A stretch of DNA of 64,000 nt from an uncultured Actinomycetota bacterium (GTDB taxonomy: Bacteria > Actinomycetota > Actinomycetes > JAHEKZ01). Location: the NCBI GenBank assembly GCA_963718235.1, contig CAVQYR010000001.1, forward strand, positions 544,001 through 608,000. Direction: 5' to 3'. Below, piece by piece: positions 1 to 9,619 of this stretch; the first letter of the stretch is position 1; each line of letters begins with the position of its first letter. The notes under the pieces were generated by a model. The model saw nothing but the letters and a program-made list of their open reading frames with translations, was not told the origin of the DNA and searched no databases. The position numbers were made by a program, and so were the translations under genes.

Positions 1-242
1 CTGCCGCGGCGTCCGATGCACTGGACGACACGGTCGACTACGCCGGCCTGGCCGCCCGAACGGTCGCGCTGGTCGAGTCCGACCCGGTTGACCTGATCGA
101 GACCGTGGCGTCCCGGGTGGCCGCGATGGTCTTGGAGGACCCGCGGGTCGAGGGTGTCACCGTGACCCTGCACAAGCCGCAGGCGCCGGTCGGTGTGCCC
201 TTCGACGACGTGCTCGTCCGGCTGCACAGGAGTCGTCCGTGA
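1..242 (+). CDS. folB: Dihydroneopterin aldolase, 5'-truncated by window edge
   Basis: Manual translation from nt 3: AAASDALDDTVDYAGLA...VDLIETVASRVA...VTVTLHKPQAPVGVPFDDV; TGA at 240-242 overlaps folK GTG. Confidence 0.93.
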   Translation, partial: AAASDALDDTVDYAGLAARTVALVESDPVDLIETVASRVAAMVLEDPRVEGVTVTLHKPQAPVGVPFDDVLVRLHRSRP

Positions 243-745
243 CGGCGGTGCGTGCGGCGCTCGGGCTGGGCAGCAACCTGGGGGACCGGCTGGGCCGGCT
301 TCGCGAGGCGTGCCTGGGCCTGTCGGGTGAGCCCGGCGTGACGGTGGCTGCGGTGTCCTCGGTGTTCGAGACGACGCCGGTCGGCGGGCCCGAGCAGCCC
401 GACTACCTCAACGCGGTGGTGGTCGTGGACACCACCCTGACCGCGGTGCAGCTGCTGGCCCTGGCCCACCGGCTCGAGGACCGGGCTGAACGACGGCGGA
501 CGACTCGCTGGGGTGCCCGGACCCTCGACGTCGACGTCCTCGCCGTGGGCGGCGAGCAGGTCGACCAGCCACAGCTGACGCTGCCGCACCCACGCGCCCA
601 CGAGCGGGCGTTCGTGCTCGTCCCCTGGGCGCAGGTCGACCCCGACTTCGTGGTTCCGGGGCGTGGTCGGGTGATCGACCTGCTGGACGCCGTCGACGAC
701 AGCGGTGTCGCAGCGTGGCCCGAGCAGCTGGTCGAGCCGACGTGA
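239..745 (+). CDS. folK: 2-amino-4-hydroxy-6-hydroxymethyldihydropteridine pyrophosphokinase
   Basis: LGLGSNLGDR, QPDYLNAVV, RWGARTLDVD, LPHPRAHERAFVLVPW motifs; follows folB. Confidence 0.96.
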   Translation: MTAVRAALGLGSNLGDRLGRLREACLGLSGEPGVTVAAVSSVFETTPVGGPEQPDYLNAVVVVDTTLTAVQLLALAHRLEDRAERRRTTRWGARTLDVDVLAVGGEQVDQPQLTLPHPRAHERAFVLVPWAQVDPDFVVPGRGRVIDLLDAVDDSGVAAWPEQLVEPT

Positions 746-1218
746 GGCCGACGTCGTGGAAGGTCCTGGTGGCCGTCGCCCTGCTGGGTGGGGTCAGCGG
801 GTGGGCGTTGGTCAACGTGTGGAAGTCGTGGACCGGGGCGCCCCCGGGAGTTCCCTGGACCGCGCCGCTGACCCTCGGGGTGCTCGCGGCCGGGTTCGCG
901 ATCGCCGCGGTCACGCTGCGGCCGCGGCTGCGTCGGGAGGAGGGGCACCGGCCGGTCGACCCCTTCGTGGCGGCGCGTGCCGCTGTGCTGGCGATGGCCG
1001 GCTCCAGGGCGGGGGCGTTCGTGGCCGGCGGCTACCTCGGGTACGCGGTCTTCCTGCTCGTGGACCTCAGCAACTCCTACCGCCGCACGCTGCTGTGGCC
1101 GGTGGTGCTCAGCATCGCCACGGCGATCGCCCTGATGGTGGCGGCGCTGTGGCTGGAACGGGTGTGCCGGATCCCGGTCGACCACGACGACCCAGGAGCT
1201 GGCGCCGCGCCGGCGTGA
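742..1218 (+). CDS. DUF3180-family membrane protein
   Basis: About four hydrophobic segments, C-terminal AALWLERVCRIP; usual position after folK; GTGA overlap with folK stop. Confidence 0.8.
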   Translation: MRPTSWKVLVAVALLGGVSGWALVNVWKSWTGAPPGVPWTAPLTLGVLAAGFAIAAVTLRPRLRREEGHRPVDPFVAARAAVLAMAGSRAGAFVAGGYLGYAVFLLVDLSNSYRRTLLWPVVLSIATAIALMVAALWLERVCRIPVDHDDPGAGAAPA

Positions 1219-1281
1219 GGCGCCACTCGCCCCAAGCGGATGTCCCCGGCTCGTTCACCCCTTCGGCGTAGTCTTTCGCCC

Positions 1282-1854
1282 ATGTCCAGCGCCCGACACG
1301 CCCGGTCCAGGAAGTCCCGATCCGGCGTCACCCTGCTCGCCCTCGTCGTCGTCCTCGCGCTGCTGCTGGCCGTTGCGGCCGCCTACGTCGACGACCCCGC
1401 CGTGCTGCAGGCCGCGGTGGTCCTCACCGCCGCCCTGGCCGTCGCGGCGAGCTTCGTGGCCTGGACCGCGAGCCAGCGCGCACTCGACCGGCACCGCGCC
1501 GAGTCGAGGGCCGTGCAGGTGCAGCTCGCCGAGGTCCGGCGCGAGCTGGCCGCCGTCCATGACATCACGCTCGGCCTCAGCGCCGAGGTGTCCTGGTTGC
1601 GCGCCCAGCTGCAGGAGTACGTGCTGCCGGTCTCCGGGGTTCCCGAGCCGGTCTACCCGTCGCTGCACCTGCCCCTGGTCCGGGCCGCGTTCGGGGTCGA
1701 GCCGCTGCCGGTCGACCCGGCGCGTGCGGTGCCAGCGCCGTTCGAGGTGCCGCCCACGATCAGCACGGACCGCGGGTCGGAGGGGCGCCCGCCTCGCCAG
1801 CTGGTCGACCTGACCACCCAGCCCGTCCCCCAGCCCATCGCCCGCCCCGCCTGA
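1282..1854 (+). CDS. Hypothetical membrane protein (2 TM, coiled coil, Pro-rich tail)
   Basis: ORF 1240..1854 with ATG at 1282; GC3-biased codons; hydrophobic N-terminus. Confidence 0.6.
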   Translation: MSSARHARSRKSRSGVTLLALVVVLALLLAVAAAYVDDPAVLQAAVVLTAALAVAASFVAWTASQRALDRHRAESRAVQVQLAEVRRELAAVHDITLGLSAEVSWLRAQLQEYVLPVSGVPEPVYPSLHLPLVRAAFGVEPLPVDPARAVPAPFEVPPTISTDRGSEGRPPRQLVDLTTQPVPQPIARPA

Positions 1855-1872
1855 CCCGCCTGACCCCACCCC

Positions 1873-1940
1873 CAAGTTGATCTTGGACTTGATGTCACCT
1901 TTCGACCGCTGAGGGCCGCATCTTCTGCAAGATCAACTTG
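1873..1940. repeat. 68-bp palindromic intergenic element, copy 1
   Basis: Perfect 13-bp inverted repeat CAAGTTGATCTTG / CAAGATCAACTTG between convergent genes; similar copy at 14110-14177. Confidence 0.85.
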
Positions 1941-1965
1941 TGAAGGGGGACGGGGGAGCGGGCGA

Positions 1966-3141
1966 CTACTTGTCGACGTCGCCGACCACGAAGAACATCG
2001 AGCCCAGGATCGCCACCATGTCGGGGACGAGCTGGCCGGGCAGCATCTCGCGCAGCACCTGCACGTTGTTGAACGACGCCGACCGCAGCTTCATCCGCCA
2101 CGGGGTCTTCTCGCCGCGGGACACCAGGTAGTAGCCGTTGATGCCGAGCGGGTTCTCCGTCCACGCGTAGGTGTGACCCTCAGGGGCCTTGAGCACCTTG
2201 GGCAGCCGGGTGTTGATCGGCCCCGGCGGCAGCGACTCCATCCGGTCCAGGCACGCGTCGGCCAGGTCGAGAGACACGTGCACCTCCTCGCGCAGGACCT
2301 CGAACCGGGCGAGGCAGTCGCCCTCGGTGCGGGTGACGACGCGTAACACCTCAGTCAGCTCGGGGTAGGCCAGGTAGGGGTCGTCGCGACGCAGGTCCAG
2401 GTCGACACCAGAGCCCCGGGCGATCGGTCCGCTCACGCCGTACTGCAGCACCTGCTCCTGGCTCAGGACGCCGACCCCGCCGGTGCGGGCGCGGAAGATC
2501 TCGTTGCCGAAGACGAGCTTCTCCAGCTGGGGCAGCAGGTCGCGGACCTGGACGACGGCTTCGCGGGCGCGAGCCGTCCACCCGTTGGGGAGGTCCTCCT
2601 TGAGCCCTCCGACCCGGTTGAACATGTAGTGCATGCGCCCTCCGGCGACCTCCTCCATCACCGCCTGCAGGATCTCCCGCTGGCGGAAGGCCTGGAACAC
2701 CGGAGTGATGGCGCCGACCTCCAACGGGTACGACCCCAGGAACATCAGGTGGTTGAGCACCCGGTTCAGCTCGGTCAGCAGGGTGCGCGCCCACACCGCT
2801 CGGACCGGGACCTCCATGCCCAGCATCCGCTCGACGGCAAGGACGACGCCGAGCTCGTTGCTGAACGCGCTCAACCAGTCATGTCGGTTCGCGAGCATGA
2901 TGATCTGGCGGTAGTCGCGCACCTCGAACAGCTTCTCGGCGCCGCGATGCATGTACCCGATGACCGGCTCGGCGTGCACGATGCGCTCGCCGTCCAAGGT
3001 GATGAGCAGACGCAGCACGCCGTGGGTGGCGGGGTGCTGTGGCCCGATGTTCAGCACCATGTCGGTCGTGGCCAGGCCGTCGGCGCCGGCCCCGGTGCCG
3101 ACGAGGCGCTGCTCCAGCGAGCCAGACGACGGCGAGGTCAC
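1966..3141 (-). CDS. nuoD: Stand-alone NADH-quinone oxidoreductase subunit D paralogue
   Basis: [26 protein letters not shown]-terminal VVGDVDK; no other nuo gene in window; start placed at GTG 3141. Confidence 0.9.
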   Translation of the reverse strand: MTSPSSGSLEQRLVGTGAGADGLATTDMVLNIGPQHPATHGVLRLLITLDGERIVHAEPVIGYMHRGAEKLFEVRDYRQIIMLANRHDWLSAFSNELGVVLAVERMLGMEVPVRAVWARTLLTELNRVLNHLMFLGSYPLEVGAITPVFQAFRQREILQAVMEEVAGGRMHYMFNRVGGLKEDLPNGWTARAREAVVQVRDLLPQLEKLVFGNEIFRARTGGVGVLSQEQVLQYGVSGPIARGSGVDLDLRRDDPYLAYPELTEVLRVVTRTEGDCLARFEVLREEVHVSLDLADACLDRMESLPPGPINTRLPKVLKAPEGHTYAWTENPLGINGYYLVSRGEKTPWRMKLRSASFNNVQVLREMLPGQLVPDMVAILGSMFFVVGDVDK

Positions 3142-3212
3142 CCACCGATCGTGCCAGAAGGCCGGCCCCAAGGTGAGGGACCGGCCTTCTGGTCAGACTG
3201 GGCAGTGCGCGA

Positions 3213-4916
3213 TCACTGGTTGGGAGCGTGATCCTCCGGGTGCTTGCCCTGGTGCGGGCCAGGAAGGTAGCCCTGGTCGAAGTGCTCGAGGGCGATCTCC
3301 TCCGCACCTGGCACTCCCGCCGGGAGGTCGACCGTGCGTTTCGGACCGGTGAACCACTTCTTGGCCGACAGGTGCCAGCCGATCCAGAGCAGAATCAGTG
3401 CGGCCCCGGTCACGATCGGCGTGTAGTTCACGAACTTCCAGTCGAAGGGGACTTCGTCGGTGCCAGGAGCGCCCAAGAGCCCGCGCATGAAGCCGGGGGC
3501 TCCTGCGGGGGTGAACGGCATGAGGAAGTAGATCGAGGTGACGACGATCTCGCCCACGGCGAGTGGGGCCATCCACTTCCACTTGGTGCCGAGGTTCCAC
3601 GGGCCCTGCTTGAAGGCCGACCCCATCCGCCAGCGCAGCCAGATCGGGATGGCGAAGGCCAGGTAAAGCCCGATGACGCCGATCGACACGACGGCGAGGA
3701 AGGCGTAGTTGACGAGGATCGGCTCCTCCTCCGTGCCGATGTTGATCTCGATCAGAGCCGGCAGGGTCAAGATGATGCCGACCACCGCAGTCAGAAGCAC
3801 CGCGTTGACCGGCACCTTCTTGCTGTTGAGCTTTGACCAGTACTGCGCACCGGGCATCGCGCCGTCGCGGCTGAATGCGTACATCATGCGGGTGCACGAG
3901 GTGAGACACGCGGTGGTGCAGTAGAACTGGCCGCTCGCTGCGATGAGCAGCACCACGCCGGCCCACTTGGCCCCGAGTGCTTGGTCGAAGATGACCTGCA
4001 CCCCACCACCACCGGCACTGACCCCCTCCGGGTCCTGTACGGCGAACAGGAAGGTGAGCAGCAAGATGTAGCCGCCGATGGCCGAGTAGAAGATCGACTG
4101 CCAGATGCCCCTAGCCGCTGAGTCGGCCGCAGCGTGGGTCTCCTCGGAGAGGTGCGCCGACGCGTCGTAGCCGGTGATCGTGTACTGCGTCAGCAGGAAG
4201 CCGAGCGGAAGCACGTAGAACCAGAAGCCGATACCGCCAGTGTCACCGCCGAACAGGCCGCCGGTGTTGTTGACATGGCCGGTGAAGACGTCGCTGGCGG
4301 ACCAGTGCTGGTCGGGGATGATCCACAGGATGCCGATGACCACGAGCGCTCCGACCACGTGCCACCACACCGAGACGTTGTTGATGATGGCCAGGAGGTG
4401 GCTGGAGAAGATGTTGATCGTTGCCGCGAGCACGAGGACCACCACGAACATGATGAACACGCGCTGCAACGAGTAGCCGGCCGCCCACGACTCGCTGAAC
4501 CGGCTGAGCGCAAGGTCGAAGAAGGCTGCACATCCGTAGGCGACCGACGCCACGATGGCGAGCAGCCCGATCAGGTTCAACCACCCCGTGTAGTAGCCCG
4601 CCTTGGGGCCGCCCAGCGTGCCGGCCCACCAGTAGATGCCGCCCGACGTCGGGTAGGCCGAAACGAGCTCGGACATACAGAACCCGATGACCAGGATGAA
4701 TGCCGAGATCAGCGGCCAGCCCAGCGAGATCGCGATGGGCCCACCGTTGTTCCAGGCCTGGTAGAAGGTGGTGAAGCAGCCGGCCAGGATCGAGATGATC
4801 GAGAACGAGATGGCGAAGTTGGAGAACCCGCTCCACGTGCGGTCCAGCTCCTGCTTGTAGCCGAGCTCGGCGAGCCGCTTCTCGTCGGCGTCGCTGATCT
4901 TGTTGATGTCGGTCAC
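3213..4916 (-). CDS. APC-family amino acid/polyamine permease
   Basis: LGYKQELDR, FSNFAISFS, SAYPTSGGIYWWA, GYDASAHLSEET; about 12 TM; GTG 4916 with GAGGAG RBS. Confidence 0.9.
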   Translation of the reverse strand: MTDINKISDADEKRLAELGYKQELDRTWSGFSNFAISFSIISILAGCFTTFYQAWNNGGPIAISLGWPLISAFILVIGFCMSELVSAYPTSGGIYWWAGTLGGPKAGYYTGWLNLIGLLAIVASVAYGCAAFFDLALSRFSESWAAGYSLQRVFIMFVVVLVLAATINIFSSHLLAIINNVSVWWHVVGALVVIGILWIIPDQHWSASDVFTGHVNNTGGLFGGDTGGIGFWFYVLPLGFLLTQYTITGYDASAHLSEETHAAADSAARGIWQSIFYSAIGGYILLLTFLFAVQDPEGVSAGGGGVQVIFDQALGAKWAGVVLLIAASGQFYCTTACLTSCTRMMYAFSRDGAMPGAQYWSKLNSKKVPVNAVLLTAVVGIILTLPALIEINIGTEEEPILVNYAFLAVVSIGVIGLYLAFAIPIWLRWRMGSAFKQGPWNLGTKWKWMAPLAVGEIVVTSIYFLMPFTPAGAPGFMRGLLGAPGTDEVPFDWKFVNYTPIVTGAALILLWIGWHLSAKKWFTGPKRTVDLPAGVPGAEEIALEHFDQGYLPGPHQGKHPEDHAPNQ

Positions 4917-4992
4917 GCGCACTCCTCGGGAGGCAGCGGGCATCCGACCGCCCGCGGTATGGGCGCTTTCTAGCAGCCCAGACCCCCGGCTG

Positions 4993-5008
4993 TGTGACCT
5001 TCGCCACA
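4993..5008. promoter_or_regulatory. Putative CRP/GlxR-type site
   Basis: TGTGA-CCTTCG-CCACA, 9/10 match to TGTGA-N6-TCACA, in a divergent intergenic region. Confidence 0.4.
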
Positions 5009-5099
5009 GGATTTGGGTCGCAGTTTGGTCAAGATTCGTACCGAACGGGAACTCGATCGTGCGTTCGGGCCTTCCGGGCCGCCCAACTAGCCTGAGCCC

Positions 5100-5618
5100 A
5101 TGGTTTCGCCCGACCCCACCGTGCCGCTGGCCGCCGACCCGTTCCGCGGTCCGGCCGGCGGTTGGACGCCGGTCTCGGCCCGCCTGGCGTCCGCCCGTCG
5201 GCTCCTGGCCTCCCTGGTCGTGGGTGGGTTGACCCTGGCCGCTGTCCTCGGCCTTGCCGTGGCCGGATGGCCGGAGTGGGGGTTCGTCGCCCTGCTCGTC
5301 GGGCTGGCCGTCTGGGCCTGGTGCTGGTGGCTCATCGGACGGCAGGTGCGGGCCATGGGCTACGCCGAGCGGGACGACGACCTGCTCGTCGTGAGCGGGA
5401 TCCTGTTCCGCCGCCTGGTCATCGTGCCCTACGGGCGGATGCAGCTGGTCGACGTCAGTCGCGGGCCGATCGACCGCCGCTTCGACCTGGCCACCGTGCA
5501 GCTGCACACGGCGGCAGCCACCACCGACGCCGCGATCCGTGGCCTGACCCCAGAGGTGGCCGCCCACCTGCGCGACCAGCTCGCCGCGCTCGGTGAGCAG
5601 CGGAGCGCCGGGCTGTGA
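5100..5618 (+). CDS. Bacterial PH-domain (bPH_2/YdbS-like) membrane protein
   Basis: 2 TM then GYAERDDDLLVVSG...VPYGRMQLVDVSRGP...LHTAA. Confidence 0.85.
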   Translation: MVSPDPTVPLAADPFRGPAGGWTPVSARLASARRLLASLVVGGLTLAAVLGLAVAGWPEWGFVALLVGLAVWAWCWWLIGRQVRAMGYAERDDDLLVVSGILFRRLVIVPYGRMQLVDVSRGPIDRRFDLATVQLHTAAATTDAAIRGLTPEVAAHLRDQLAALGEQRSAGL

Positions 5619-6970
5619 GCGAAGCGACCCCCAGCGGCTGGCGGGCCACCTCACCGCATGGGGTCCACCCGGTGACCCCGCTGGTCAAGACGGCGCGGGT
5701 CTTCCCGGTGTTCGTCGCCTTCTTCCTCACCGTGGGCCTGGAGCCGACCCGGCTCATCGGGTCGCTCGGCGTCAGCGGCGTCCTGCTGCTCATCATCATC
5801 GCGACCGCGCTCGTCAACTACCTGCAGTGGACCAGGGTCAGCTACTGGTTCGACGACGACGGCGACCTGCGCCTGCGCTCGGGGGTGCTGCAGGTCAACG
5901 AGCGACGGGTCCAGGTGTCCCGGCTGCAGTCGGTCGACGTCACCCAGCCGCTGATCGCGCGCCTGTTCGGGCTGGCGGCGGTGCGCCCCGACGTGGCCGG
6001 CACCGGCGACCGGGGCACCCGGATCGAGTACCTGGCCTTCGACGACGCCCAACGCCTGCGCGCCGAGCTGCTGGCCCGCTCGGCGGGGGTTCACACCGGG
6101 GCCGACCAAGCCGCCCCGGTCGCACCGGAGCGGACCGTGCTCACTGTCCCTCCGCAGGTGCTCCTCGAGTCGCTGGTCCTCCAGCCGGCCACGGTGGTGG
6201 CGGTCCTCGCCTCAGCGGCGGTCATCGTCTACGCCGTGGTCTCCGGCCAGTGGTTCGCCCTGCTGCCCTCGATCATCATCGTCGTCTCGCCGGTCTTCAT
6301 CGTCGGCGGGCAGTTCCTGTCGTGGTTCGGGTTCACCGTCGCCGAGTCGCCGGACGGTCTGCGTCTGCGCTTCGGGCTCACCGAGCACCGGGCCCAGACC
6401 GTGCCGCCCGGACGCGTGCAGGCGGTTCGGATCGAGGCCCCGGTGATGTGGCGTCATCGCGGGTGGGTGCGGGTGCGGGTGAACGTCGCGGGCGCCTCGG
6501 GCGGCGACGAGGCCAAGGAGCGCCCCTCCATCCTGCTGCCGGTGGCACCGCTGGAGCTGGCCCGGTGGGTGATCGCCCAGGTGCTCCCGGGCACCGACCC
6601 GCTCACCGTCCCCGTGCTGGAGGTTCCGCGTCGCGCCCGGTGGCGGGCGCCGCTGCAGCGACGCCGGTTGGCGACCGGCGCCGACGAGCGGATGTTCGTG
6701 GCTCGCCACGGGTGGCTGGTGCCGACGTGGGACGCCGTCCCGCACGCGCGTACGCAGAGCGTACGGGTGACCCAGGGTGCCTGGCAGCGCCGGCTGCAGC
6801 TGGCCAGCGTCCACGTCGACTCCACGCCTGGGCCAGTCACGATCAAGGCGGCTCAGCGCGACGAGCGGGAGGCCCGAGCCATCGCCGAGGCCCAGGCCGA
6901 CCGTGCCAGACTCGCCCGTGCCACCGCTAGGCCCCAGCGGTGGATGACCAGCCCGGAGGAAGCCGAATGA
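5615..6970 (+). CDS. Multi-PH-domain (YdbT-like) membrane protein
   Basis: RLQSVDVTQPLIARLFGLA, RVQAVRIEAP, RTQSVRVTQG repeated motifs; coupled to previous gene. Confidence 0.85.
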   Translation: MSEATPSGWRATSPHGVHPVTPLVKTARVFPVFVAFFLTVGLEPTRLIGSLGVSGVLLLIIIATALVNYLQWTRVSYWFDDDGDLRLRSGVLQVNERRVQVSRLQSVDVTQPLIARLFGLAAVRPDVAGTGDRGTRIEYLAFDDAQRLRAELLARSAGVHTGADQAAPVAPERTVLTVPPQVLLESLVLQPATVVAVLASAAVIVYAVVSGQWFALLPSIIIVVSPVFIVGGQFLSWFGFTVAESPDGLRLRFGLTEHRAQTVPPGRVQAVRIEAPVMWRHRGWVRVRVNVAGASGGDEAKERPSILLPVAPLELARWVIAQVLPGTDPLTVPVLEVPRRARWRAPLQRRRLATGADERMFVARHGWLVPTWDAVPHARTQSVRVTQGAWQRRLQLASVHVDSTPGPVTIKAAQRDEREARAIAEAQADRARLARATARPQRWMTSPEEAE

Positions 6971-7590
6971 GACGCGGTCTGTCCGCCTGGTGGTTCGCCG
7001 TGCCGGTCGTCATCGCCTTGGTGTCGGTCATCGGCGGCGGGGTCGTGATCGGTTACCAGCTCGGTGCCGCCGGACGTGTGGTGGCGGCCGAGATCGACGA
7101 GATCGAGACCGTGCCCACCACGGGGCTGCGGATCACGTTCGACGCCGGTGAGAACCGCACCCTCTTCGGTACCAACCAGGGAGTCGGCTGGGCGGGCCGG
7201 CGTCCGGCCACCTGCACCGTCACTGCGAACGACGGTCAGGCGCCACCGGACGTCACGCTGGTCTCCGATCGGGGCCAGGACGGCCCGACCCTCGAGGTCA
7301 ACGGTGTCCGCTGGTACCCGAGGTACCAGATCCGGGCAGTCGAGCAGGGGCAGCTCGTCATCGCCTGTGACATGGCGTCCGGCGTGCGGTACGCGCTCGG
7401 GCCGTGGGTCGACGTCCGCGACTACGCAGGGTTCGGCACGGCCGGCCTCGTCGCGCTCGCCGCGATGTCGTTCGGACTCCTCGTCGCGCTCACGGTCGCC
7501 GGCGTGCTGGTCGCCCTCTGGGTCACCGGTCGGTCGACGTCGCGGCCCAGTCAGGCCAGCGATGCAGGGATCGCGACCCCCTTGGACTGA
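6967..7590 (+). CDS. Hypothetical membrane protein (N- and C-terminal TM)
   Basis: ATGA overlap with previous stop; hydrophobic ends flanking a soluble domain with 2 Cys. Confidence 0.6.
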   Translation: MRRGLSAWWFAVPVVIALVSVIGGGVVIGYQLGAAGRVVAAEIDEIETVPTTGLRITFDAGENRTLFGTNQGVGWAGRRPATCTVTANDGQAPPDVTLVSDRGQDGPTLEVNGVRWYPRYQIRAVEQGQLVIACDMASGVRYALGPWVDVRDYAGFGTAGLVALAAMSFGLLVALTVAGVLVALWVTGRSTSRPSQASDAGIATPLD

Positions 7591-8561
7591 ACCAACCAGC
7601 CGAACCCGCCGAGTCCGACCGGGTCCAGCAGCTCGGCCGCCTCGCCGGCACCACTGAGCGCGGTGAGGTAGTCGCGTGGGGACGCGTCGGCCAGAGCCAG
7701 AGGAGGACGCGCGACGTCGAGACCGAGGGCCGACAGGGCCTCACCCTGGGACACGATCCGAGTGCCCCGAGCCCCGGCCCGCGTACCGGCGGCCGCGCAC
7801 GCGTCCAGCGCCACGTGCGCGGTGAGGTCGCACGACCCGTCGGGCACCGGGCGGACCTGCCGACCCGCCCGGTAGGCAGCCAGCGTGCCGGCGGCGAGCT
7901 CCCGCGCGGCCCGCTGCTCCAGGGTGTGGTCGTAGTCGACGGCGACCGCGAGCCCCCGACCGAGGTGCCGCACCACGTCGGCCCAGGCCAGGTCTCGGGT
8001 CAGCCCGCACTCGGCCCGGTCGCCGTCGCCGGCCGCGTCGAGGGGCCACCACTGCTGGAGCCAGGCCAGCACCTCGCCGTCGGCGACGGCTCCGAGCTGC
8101 TCGTCGCCGGTCGACGGGTCGACCTCGACCAGCCGCGTTCGACCATCGGCGACCTGGACGACGTCGAGCGCCACGTTGTCCAGCCACTCGTTGGCCACGA
8201 CGACGCCCGCGACGTCCGCGGGGATCGAGTCCGACCACCCGATCGTCGGGTGCAGGTGAGCCGGGCGGGGGGAGAGCTCGACCGCCACGAGATGCAGGCG
8301 GTCGACCAGACCCACCCGGCGGACCGACTCGACGCGAAGCGCCTCGGCCAGCTCGCCGCGCCCGGCGCCGAGGTCGACGACGTCGAGTCGGGACGGATGT
8401 CCCAGGGCGGCGTCGACCTGCTCGACCAGTGTCATCACGGTGCGCGCGAACGACGGGCCGACGTGCGCGGAGGTGCGGAAGTGCGCTGCTGGGCCATCAC
8501 CAGCGGTGAAGAACCCCTGCGCGCCGTAGAGCGCCTGCTGCATCGCGGCCCGCCAGGTCAT
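7551..8561 (-). CDS. MidA/NDUFAF7 (DUF185) family SAM-dependent methyltransferase
   Basis: AMQQALYGAQGFF, HFRTSAH, VVDLGAGRGELA, VVANEWLDN, AVDY, CDLTAHV, LLDPVGLGGF. Confidence 0.85.
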   Translation of the reverse strand: MTWRAAMQQALYGAQGFFTAGDGPAAHFRTSAHVGPSFARTVMTLVEQVDAALGHPSRLDVVDLGAGRGELAEALRVESVRRVGLVDRLHLVAVELSPRPAHLHPTIGWSDSIPADVAGVVVANEWLDNVALDVVQVADGRTRLVEVDPSTGDEQLGAVADGEVLAWLQQWWPLDAAGDGDRAECGLTRDLAWADVVRHLGRGLAVAVDYDHTLEQRAARELAAGTLAAYRAGRQVRPVPDGSCDLTAHVALDACAAAGTRAGARGTRIVSQGEALSALGLDVARPPLALADASPRDYLTALSGAGEAAELLDPVGLGGFGWLVQSKGVAIPASLA

Positions 8562-8662
8562 CACGCAGGGCGACGCTAGCGGGTGCGCCTCCGCCCGGAA
8601 GACTTGGCGCCCTACGCTGGTGGCGACCACCGTCCGGTACCCCTCGAGGACTGGAACCTGGA

Positions 8663-9619
8663 ATGGCGATGCACCTGACCCCCGACCCTTCCGAGCGGCC
8701 GTCGTCCACCGTCGCCGGGTCCACCGCACCCGAGCAGCGTCCCGGCCGCCTCTCGGTCGGGGTCGTCGGGACGGGCCGGGTCGGCGCGGTGCTGGGGGCG
8801 GCACTGGCCCTCGCCGGCCACCGGGTCGTGGCCGCGTCCGGGGTCTCGGACCGCTCGGTCGACCGCGCCTCGGTGCTTCTCCCCGACGTCCCGTTGCTGC
8901 CCCCGCCGGATGTTGCGGTCATGGCCGACCTCGTGCTGCTCACCGTGCCCGACGACGCGCTTCCCGATCTGGTGCGTGGCCTGGCGGCCGGTGGGGCGTT
9001 CACCCGTGGACAGCTCGTCGTGCACACCAGTGGGCGGTGGGGGACCGACGTGCTGCGGCCCGCGTCGGAGGCCGGCGTGCTGCCGCTGGCCCTGCACCCG
9101 GTCATGACCTTCACGGGGACGTCGGTCGACCTGAACCGGCTCGCTGGCTGTGTGTTCGGCGTGACCGCTCCGGAGCCGTTGCTGCCGATCGCCGATGCGC
9201 TCGTCCTCGAGATGGGTGGCGAGCCGATGCACGTCGACGACGCGCGCCGTGAGCTCTACCATGCGGCGTTGGCGCATGCCGCGAACCACCTGGTGACGCT
9301 GGTTGCCTCGTCTTCGGAGCTGCTGCGCGAGGCCGGTGTCGACGACCCGGCACGGGTGCTGGGACCGTTGCTGGGCGCGGCCCTGGACAACGCCTTGCGC
9401 AGCGGCGACGCGGCGTTGACCGGTCCCGTCGCACGCGGCGATGCGCAGACGGTGGCTGCCCACGTCGAGGCCATCGGAGACGTCTCGGCGAGCACCCGGG
9501 CGGCGTACGTGGCCCTCGCCCGGCTCACCGCGGACCGGGCGATGGCCAGCGGTCTGCTGGACGCCGTCCATGCCGAGCCGCTGCTGGACGTGCTCGCCGA
9601 CTCCGAGGGGCCCCGATGA
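8663..9619 (+). CDS. Rossmann-like/DUF2520 oxidoreductase (candidate ketopantoate reductase)
   Basis: GTGRVG, VPDD, HTSG, LHPVMTF, YHAAL, LTGPVARGD; directly upstream of panC. Confidence 0.85.
   Translation: MAMHLTPDPSERPSSTVAGSTAPEQRPGRLSVGVVGTGRVGAVLGAALALAGHRVVAASGVSDRSVDRASVLLPDVPLLPPPDVAVMADLVLLTVPDDALPDLVRGLAAGGAFTRGQLVVHTSGRWGTDVLRPASEAGVLPLALHPVMTFTGTSVDLNRLAGCVFGVTAPEPLLPIADALVLEMGGEPMHVDDARRELYHAALAHAANHLVTLVASSSELLREAGVDDPARVLGPLLGAALDNALRSGDAALTGPVARGDAQTVAAHVEAIGDVSASTRAAYVALARLTADRAMASGLLDAVHAEPLLDVLADSEGPR

Noticed and set aside
1966-3141. NuoD paralogue as a [NiFe]-hydrogenase large subunit
   Set aside because: It lacks both Ni-binding CxxC motifs, and there are no small-subunit or maturation genes.
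3213-5654. 813-aa version of the permease, and similar N-terminal extensions (50088..52601, 34095..35783, 34023..35609, 20482..22380, 53775..55490)
   Set aside because: The extensions overlap real neighbouring genes; internal starts with RBS, -10 or stop/start overlaps fit better. They are not fusions.
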